From: Acidobacteriota bacterium
Lineage (GTDB): Bacteria > Acidobacteriota > Terriglobia > Acidiferrales > UBA7541
NCBI GenBank assembly: GCA_013289825.1
Contig: JABCZF010000018.1
Location: forward strand, 26,996 to 90,995
Length of the DNA stretch: 64,000 bases
Reading direction: 5' to 3'
Shown here: positions 58,445 to 64,000 of the stretch, piece after piece
How positions within the stretch are numbered: the stretch's first letter is position 1
Layout of the letters: the number at the start of each line of letters is the position of its first letter
The notes under the pieces: generated by a model
What the model saw: only the letters and a program-made list of their open reading frames with translations
What the model was told of the DNA's origin: nothing
The model's database searches: none
Position numbers and translations under genes: made by a program

Positions 58445-58597
58445 ATGCTCGGACTTATCGCCTTGGTTCTGATTGTTCTCTGGTTGTTTGGCTTTCTCGC
58501 ATTTCACGTTAGCACCGGCCTCATTCACATCTTGCTGGTCATCGGACTGATCATGCTTGTTTTCCATTTCCTGAGGGGCAGCGAAAGCACCGCCTGA
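58445..58597 (+). CDS. lmo0937/DUF5670-like small membrane protein (50 aa, not in ORF track)
   Basis: MLGLIALVLIVLWLFGFLAFHVSTGLIHILLVIGLIMLVFHFLRG; AGGAGG RBS. Confidence 0.9.
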   Translation: MLGLIALVLIVLWLFGFLAFHVSTGLIHILLVIGLIMLVFHFLRGSESTA

Positions 58598-58741
58598 GCT
58601 GCATGCTCTCGCGGCCCGGTCCTTCCTGCTCCTCATAGAAGCCGGGGAGCCCGTTCTCATCAACCCTTCCGGATCTTCGATTCCATGCAAAAGGGTCCCC
58701 CGGCTCAGTCCGAGCGCCTCGTATTTCCCGCTATTCAACGT

Positions 58742-59086
58742 CTAGTGGTCGTGATCGCGATCATGATCGTGGTCATGGTCGTCCCAATCGCGCTCCGTGT
58801 GCCAGCGATGCCCGTCTTCATCCCACCATTTGTGGAACTTGCCCCAGCAATATTCGCGCGCCTCATGCAGGTCGTGGCGCGCATGCTCGGCTTGTGGACT
58901 ATTCCATCCGTGATGCTCAGCAGCTTCGTGAAGCCTGTGGTCGGCCTTCACCAGGCGATGCCGGCAAGAATCGTCATCGGCCACAGCGCGTGGCGCCGCA
59001 CCTAACAACAGGAATCCGCCCAGCGCCGCCGTGGCCAGTACAACTTTCCCGAACCGCTTCATACTCCTCGACAGAAAACTCTTCAT
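58742..59086 (-). CDS. Small secreted His/Asp-rich protein
   Basis: GGAGGGAG RBS, signal peptide, HEAAEHHGW..CW..WWD..DHDHDH tail. Confidence 0.85.
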   Translation of the reverse strand: MKSFLSRSMKRFGKVVLATAALGGFLLLGAAPRAVADDDSCRHRLVKADHRLHEAAEHHGWNSPQAEHARHDLHEAREYCWGKFHKWWDEDGHRWHTERDWDDHDHDHDRDHDH

Positions 59087-59139
59087 AAATTGCTCCCTCC
59101 TCAGTCCCCTCAGGAACAGGGGTTTGCGGAACGTCCTAC

Positions 59140-59182
59140 ACTCTAAAGCAGTCCGGAACGCCAAGGTGTCTCCTTTTGCACA
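59140..59182 (-). promoter_or_regulatory. CRP/FNR-type box plus -10
   Basis: TGTGC-N6-AGACA, 21 nt, TAGAGT. Confidence 0.7.
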
Positions 59183-59389
59183 CTGTACGCTTTGCTCTAC
59201 TTCCAGCCGCGTCTCGCAGATCCCCCGCGCCTTCACGGCGGCTCCTCGCTATCGCGGGGGCGGTCCGCCGACCGAATCCGGCGTGATGGGCGCCCGCGAT
59301 GGGCTGGTGCAGGCCGAAGGTGAATATCGTCAGTGAGGAAGGAAGAGGGAGAAAACACATGAAAGCGAAGGGTGACACTCGGTGGCTGT

Positions 59390-59610
59390 CGGCACAGCAC
59401 GACAGCGAGACCGGGCGCCTGCCGGAAGTGGGCTACGTTGGCGGTCAGCACCGAGTACCCGAGCGAGAGTGCTACAACGCGCTCGATCAGCCGTTCGAGG
59501 GTTGCTCTGCACCGTTCCGTATCGATGACCACGCTGGAATCGAGAATCAGTGGGCGGGCGGATGCAGCGGTTCGCGTGGCGCTCGATGGCGGCCTGGAGA
59601 TCCTGGTCAT
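59390..59610 (-). pseudogene. Decayed vapBC toxin-antitoxin remnant
   Basis: LILDSSVVID.ER joined directly to ALSLGYSVLTANVAHF..PGL (PIN ends, middle missing); antitoxin-like tail upstream. Confidence 0.65.
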
Positions 59611-59637
59611 CCTCTGGAGGCCTCTATGAGATGCGTT

Positions 59638-60165
59638 CTACTCACTCTGCCGCACGGCATTGACCAGCTCCCATATTCGCGCGAGATGGTGATCGTCGTG
59701 TTCCGCGACAAAATACAGATGGTCCACGAGTCGCATCGGCATCTTCAAACGCGGGTGGGGAATGGCTCGAGCAAATAGTGAAGCGTCCAATTCGTCCACA
59801 CGCTCGAGCAGTCTTCCTCTTCGAGCGCGGAACTCCGTCAGTATCTGTTCCAGTGGGCGCGCGTTGTGGTCCGCTTCGTCGGTTTTTCGATTCCTGAGGT
59901 CTGTCGCGGTGAGCTGCTCGCTGGCTGCCACGTAATCCCCCACGCGCGCCAGCCATAGCGCCTCGAGGTCCAGCAAGTGACCGGCGTGTTCCTGAGCCGA
60001 CCACTTTTCTTGCGGCTTCCTGATCAGGATTTTGTGAGAACGCCCGAGAAGCGCTTCTTCCAGTCTTGCCGGCGTGCCGCGTAGCCGGGCGCACAGATTC
60101 GGATACACTTCTACAGGAAACGAAAACGCAAATTTGCGTTCAAACCAGATGGGCACTTGACTCAT
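59638..60165 (-). CDS. DinB/YfiT-family protein
   Basis: KWSAQEHAGHL, FVAEHDDHHLA. Confidence 0.93.
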   Translation of the reverse strand: MSQVPIWFERKFAFSFPVEVYPNLCARLRGTPARLEEALLGRSHKILIRKPQEKWSAQEHAGHLLDLEALWLARVGDYVAASEQLTATDLRNRKTDEADHNARPLEQILTEFRARRGRLLERVDELDASLFARAIPHPRLKMPMRLVDHLYFVAEHDDHHLARIWELVNAVRQSE

Positions 60166-60356
60166 GGATTCCGCCGATCCGAGGTAGATTTAAAGGGTAC
60201 CGCACCTTTAAGGGTGCTAGCTGCCATTGTCACCCTGGGTCAATAGGTTCGACATCAGAAAAGACATTCAGGCCATAACCACATTCCGGCGCAATCCCGC
60301 CTTTTGCGTCTGTCTCTCCTTTCTGTTATCTTCAGCGCCGCAGGGAGAAAACACCT

Positions 60357-60830
60357 ATGTCTGTAAATAAAGTCATTCTCGTGGGCCGTTTAGGCCGCGA
60401 TCCGGAAACCCGCTTCACCGGCGGCGGCCAAGCAGTAGCCAATTTTTCCGTGGCCACCGACGAAACCTACAAAGACCGCAACGGCGAAAAACAAAAGCGC
60501 ACCGAGTGGCACAAAATCGTCGTCTGGGGCAAGCAAGCCGAAATTGCGCAGCAATATCTAAAGAAGGGCTCGCTAATCTTTATCGAAGGCCGCATCCAGT
60601 CGCGCGAATGGCAGGACAAAGAAGGCCAAAAGCGCACCAGTTTTGAAATTGTCGCGAGCAATTTCCGCATGCTGGGTGGCCGCAGCGATGCCGCCGCAGC
60701 CGGCGCAGGCGGCGGCCGCTCCAGCGCCGACGACGTCGAGTCGCACGCAGCCGCGCCGGCCGAAGACACTTACGGCGGCAGCCAGGTCCCCAGCGGCCCG
60801 GAAATCTCCGACGAGGACATTCCCTTCTAG
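60357..60830 (+). CDS. ssb: Single-stranded DNA-binding protein
   Basis: SVNKVILVGRLGRDPE, TEWH, C-terminal DEDIPF. Confidence 0.99.
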   Translation: MSVNKVILVGRLGRDPETRFTGGGQAVANFSVATDETYKDRNGEKQKRTEWHKIVVWGKQAEIAQQYLKKGSLIFIEGRIQSREWQDKEGQKRTSFEIVASNFRMLGGRSDAAAAGAGGGRSSADDVESHAAAPAEDTYGGSQVPSGPEISDEDIPF

Positions 60831-60923
60831 GAGACTATCGATGCGCATCCCCGCCCGCCGGTCCGAACGCAGCTCCTCGTTTTTGTTCTTCGTTATATCT
60901 CGCGATCCGCGCGAATCGCTTAG

Positions 60924-61925
60924 ATGCCTATAAATCGTCAACTTCGTTTACAAGCGCGCCCCAAAGGCTTGCTCGCGCCCGGTGATCTGCAACTCACCGA
61001 ATCGCCCGTGCCGGAACTTCAAGACGGCCAGGCGCTAGCCAAAGTCAAATACCTCTCGATGGACCCGACCATGCGCGTCTGGATGGCCGTCGACAGCTAT
61101 CTTCCAGCCGTGGGCATCGGCGACGTGATGCGCGCGGCCGGGTTGGCAGAAGTGATTGAATCGCGCCACGCGCAGTTCAAAAAGGGCGACAAGCTTGTAG
61201 GACTCACGGGCCTTCAGGAATACGTTGTGATCGAAGCGCAGTCGAAATTCTCTTTTCAGAAAGTTCCGTCGATTCCTTTCTTGTCAGACACAGCGTTCCT
61301 CGGAGTCCTTGGCATGACCGGTCTAACCGCCTATTTCGGCATGACCGAAATCGCCAAGCCGCAAAAAGGGGAAACGCTGGTAGTCTCCTCCGCAGCCGGC
61401 GCAACCGGAAGCGTAGCCGGGCAAATCGGGAAGATTCACGGTTGCCGCGTAGTAGGAATCGCCGGAACGGACGACAAGTGCGCCTGGTTGACGGACGAAC
61501 TCGGCTTCGACGCTGCCATCAACTACAAGCATGCCGATTGGAAAGAAAAGCTAGCCGCCGCCACGCCCGACGGTATCGACATCGATTACGAAAATGTCGG
61601 GGGAGAAATCATGGAGGAAGTCCTCAAGCACATGAATCTCCATGGGCGTGTCGTTCTCTGCGGGCTCATTTCCGGCTACACCAAGGAAACCGCCGGCCCT
61701 GCCAACCTCGGCATACTGATCGTCAAACGGCTCAAGGTAGAAGGCTTCCTGGTGCTCGACTACGCTTCGCGCTTCACCGATGCCGCCATGGAACTCGGCA
61801 AATGGAAAATGTTGGGCAAGCTGAAAGATCGCCAAACGATCGTCGAGGGCCTGGAAAAAGCATCTGAGGCCATCAATATGCTGTTCACCGGCGGGAACAC
61901 CGGCAAACTCATTGTAAAGGTGTGA
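60924..61925 (+). CDS. NADP-dependent oxidoreductase (prostaglandin reductase/YncB-like MDR)
   Basis: YLSMDP.MR, GMTGLTAYFG, AAGATGS, ENVGG, GKLIV. Confidence 0.95.
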   Translation: MPINRQLRLQARPKGLLAPGDLQLTESPVPELQDGQALAKVKYLSMDPTMRVWMAVDSYLPAVGIGDVMRAAGLAEVIESRHAQFKKGDKLVGLTGLQEYVVIEAQSKFSFQKVPSIPFLSDTAFLGVLGMTGLTAYFGMTEIAKPQKGETLVVSSAAGATGSVAGQIGKIHGCRVVGIAGTDDKCAWLTDELGFDAAINYKHADWKEKLAAATPDGIDIDYENVGGEIMEEVLKHMNLHGRVVLCGLISGYTKETAGPANLGILIVKRLKVEGFLVLDYASRFTDAAMELGKWKMLGKLKDRQTIVEGLEKASEAINMLFTGGNTGKLIVKV

Positions 61926-62032
61926 GTGAAGAGTAGGCCAGCGAATGCGGCTGCCGACAGCGGATTTCGATTCACCAGGGCGCACCACCGGCAGGATTAG
62001 AGGGTTCTGTTCTAATATTTCGAAGGTGCGAG

Positions 62033-62458
62033 TTAGCGCGGCGGAGGAGGGGCGTTCCGCTTTCTTTCTTCGTCGAGGCGCTTTAGAAATTCCTCGAATT
62101 TCGGTTTCTGTTCTGGAGTCAGGATCGCGCGAATCTGGTCGCGCCCTTTTTGGTGCGCCTGATCCATCCGTGAGTTTAGCTGCTGATTGGATTGATCGCG
62201 GATGGATTTGTATTCCGCATGCAGTTCGAAGAGCGTGCTGTCGAGCTGCTGCTTTTGATCGTTCGTCAGGCCCAGTTCCTGAGTGAGCTGCTCAACTCTT
62301 TGCGCGCGCCTTTGGGCTTCGCTTAGCGGCGGATTTGCCGCTGCGACGGTGCTCCGGTGGCCATAGAAATAGCCAAACACGCCGCCCAGCGCCGCGCCGA
62401 GGACAAACACGACCGCCACCCACAAGGCCGCTCTGCGCTTCGCGGAACTCTCGTTCAT
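62033..62458 (-). CDS. Periplasmic Spy/CpxP-like helical protein
   Basis: TM helix, LGLTNDQ, ILTPEQ (LTxxQ). Confidence 0.85.
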   Translation of the reverse strand: MNESSAKRRAALWVAVVFVLGAALGGVFGYFYGHRSTVAAANPPLSEAQRRAQRVEQLTQELGLTNDQKQQLDSTLFELHAEYKSIRDQSNQQLNSRMDQAHQKGRDQIRAILTPEQKPKFEEFLKRLDEERKRNAPPPPR

Positions 62459-62967
62459 CGGGGCTTCTCCGCCAGGCTAACAAGAACGTCATCGTTGCTC
62501 GGCGGGGCTGTGGTGTCCACCAGCGGCTCACCGGTTATGTCCGTGAGCACCGGCTTGGCTGAGGTGGATATGGGTTTTTGATAAAGCCAGGTGCTCGCCA
62601 AAAGGAGCGCCACCGCGGAGGCCCAGGTGAGACGTGCGGCGAGCCTCGGGAGAAAAGTCCAAGTGTCTGCGGCGCGAGTGAGTTCCGCTTTGCGCGCTGC
62701 GATCGCAGCCATGACGCGCGGAGCAAACCACGCGCCGGCCATCGTGGCCGTCGAGGGCAGTTCCGCCAGGAGGGCGCGCGCCTCGATAATATTTTCCGCA
62801 GCGGAACGGCAATCCGCGCAGCTAGCCGCGTGTGCTTTAAGCGCGTTGGGGGCCTCTCGAAACAATTCCGAGAATTCTTTCGCGCTCGGCGCGGCTTCGG
62901 CCGCGTCCTCCAGCTGAGACTGAAAATCGCGACATTCCGCTCGGCGCTTGTGCAGAAAATTCTTCAT
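62455..62967 (-). CDS. Zinc-finger anti-sigma factor
   Basis: HAASCADC (HxxxCxxC) plus TM helix; follows the ECF sigma. Confidence 0.85.
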   Translation of the reverse strand: MKNFLHKRRAECRDFQSQLEDAAEAAPSAKEFSELFREAPNALKAHAASCADCRSAAENIIEARALLAELPSTATMAGAWFAPRVMAAIAARKAELTRAADTWTFLPRLAARLTWASAVALLLASTWLYQKPISTSAKPVLTDITGEPLVDTTAPPSNDDVLVSLAEKPR

Positions 62968-63071
62968 TCAAGACTCCTTCAACGACTTCCGCAATCTATC
63001 TAATCTTTCTAGGGATCAAAAATCAATCTGGCTTTCTCCTCGGCGTAAACTCGTTTCTTCCTTCCTCGCCT

Positions 63072-63725
63072 CTACCCTTCTCCGCGCTTCCGGACCTTGT
63101 TCACGATTCGGCGGCGCGCGCGAAACAACCGGACCTTCACGGTGTTCGCATTCAAATCCAACACTTGCGCAATCTCTTCGACCGCAAAGCCTTCGACTTC
63201 TTTCAGAATCAACATCAGGCGATCGCGCTCATCGAGCCCTTCCAGAAGGCGTTCTACGCGCTGGCGGGCTTCCAACCGGTCGCTGATGTCCGGCCCGCCG
63301 CTATCTTTCCCTTCGGCCGCGATCACCTGCTTGGCTTGCTCTTCGCTCAAGTCCGACTCATATACCAACGGCCGGACTTTTTTCTTTCGCAGCAGGTCCC
63401 AGCACTCGTTCACGGTAATCTTGTACAACCAAGTGCTGAAAGCCGCCCGCTGATCGAAACGCTTCAGCGAGAAGTACGCTTTTACAAAAACCTGCTGCGC
63501 AATGTCCTCCACATCTTCGCGGCGCCGTAAGATGCCGCCAGCGACAGCAAAAACACGGTGCTGGTGGCGACGTATAAGCTCTTCAAAAGCCTCCTGGTCT
63601 TCACGCTGGGCCCGCCGGACGAGTTCCCGGTCGTCCACAGCGCCCGGGGCTTTCGCCACAGGCGGTTTCGCTCCCGACGAACCGGCGGGAGGCTCCAGAG
63701 GCTCTACTTTAGGGACGCGTGGCAT
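63072..63725 (-). CDS. ECF RNA polymerase sigma factor
   Basis: DIAQQVF, FSTWLYKI, EIA..L..NTVKVRLFRAR. Confidence 0.96.
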   Translation of the reverse strand: MPRVPKVEPLEPPAGSSGAKPPVAKAPGAVDDRELVRRAQREDQEAFEELIRRHQHRVFAVAGGILRRREDVEDIAQQVFVKAYFSLKRFDQRAAFSTWLYKITVNECWDLLRKKKVRPLVYESDLSEEQAKQVIAAEGKDSGGPDISDRLEARQRVERLLEGLDERDRLMLILKEVEGFAVEEIAQVLDLNANTVKVRLFRARRRIVNKVRKRGEG

Positions 63726-63829
63726 GTCAATCCGGTTACGTCTAATGTAGCTTGGTTTCCCCTAACAGGGTAGCCCGCTTTCGCGGGCCTGCATCAAGCG
63801 TTTCAGATTGGCGAATGCCAAGTTTCTCC

Positions 63830-63858
63830 TTGCTAGACGTGTATCTACATGGAATAAT
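63830..63858 (+). promoter_or_regulatory. Promoter TTGCTA-N17-AATAAT overlapped by operator TAGAC-N4-ATCTA
   Basis: -10 ends 7 nt before ATG 63865, no SD; operator at 63834-63847. Confidence 0.65.
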
Positions 63859-63864
63859 GCCGCC

Positions 63865-64000
63865 ATGATTATAGGTGACCGTCTTCGCGCACTCCGCGAA
63901 GAAAAGAAACTCTCCCAGGGCGACATCGAGAAGCGAACAGGGTTGCTGCGTTGTTATATTTCCCGCGTAGAGAATGGCCATACAGTACCGGCCATCGAAA
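63865..64000 (+). CDS. XRE-family regulator (truncated by window end), paralogue of 27487-27894
   Basis: MIIGDRLRALREEKKLSQGDIEKRTGLLRCYISRVENGHTVPAIE. Confidence 0.93.
   Translation, partial: MIIGDRLRALREEKKLSQGDIEKRTGLLRCYISRVENGHTVPAIE

Noticed and set aside
1-64000. CRISPR arrays, tRNA/rRNA, intact transposases or integrases, inteins in dnaE
   Set aside because: No regularly spaced repeats, cloverleafs or DDE/tyrosine recombinase ORFs seen by eye; DnaE length is normal

Overview
A 64-kb GC-rich chromosomal window, probably from an Acidobacteriota genome (inferred from gene content: the SWKEIA-type HTH/TPR protein, the MIIGxRL XRE paralogues and the small secreted protein families). It has five parts. 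(1) 1-22 kb: housekeeping genes, namely dnaE-accA, a heme/cytochrome-c supercluster (CxxxY-type ccmE, ccmF, Cys-rich ccmH-like, two accessory ORFs, ccmABCD, hemH, ctaA, ctaB), an IDH-family dehydrogenase, an ErpA/IscA carrier, a small RNA resembling Acido-Lenti-1, nadE and a DsbA-family gene. (2) A XerCD dif-like site at 21997-22024, followed by accessory and frameshifted genes. (3) 28-46 kb: MOSC, an orphan nuoI, ypdA, a parAB pair with NrdR-box-like repeats, MATE, a large M48 peptidase fusion, miaB and a complete tol-pal-cpoB operon whose tolQ appears to use a non-canonical start. (4) 46-60 kb: Tat-exported sugar-catabolic genes, pseudogenes and an island of small stress or metal-binding proteins (BON, CsbD, DUF3309-like, lmo0937-like, His-rich peptides and a metallothionein absent from the ORF track). 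Seven promoters in this island share a TGYGC-N6-GHACA box placed exactly 21 bp before a -10 hexamer, which is class II CRP/FNR geometry and the strongest candidate here for an undescribed regulatory system. (5) ssb, an oxidoreductase, an ECF sigma/anti-sigma triad and a second XRE paralogue that shares a TAGAC-N4-ATCTA operator with the first. No CRISPR array, rRNA, tRNA or intact transposase was recognised. All family calls come from motif recognition by eye; no searches were run.
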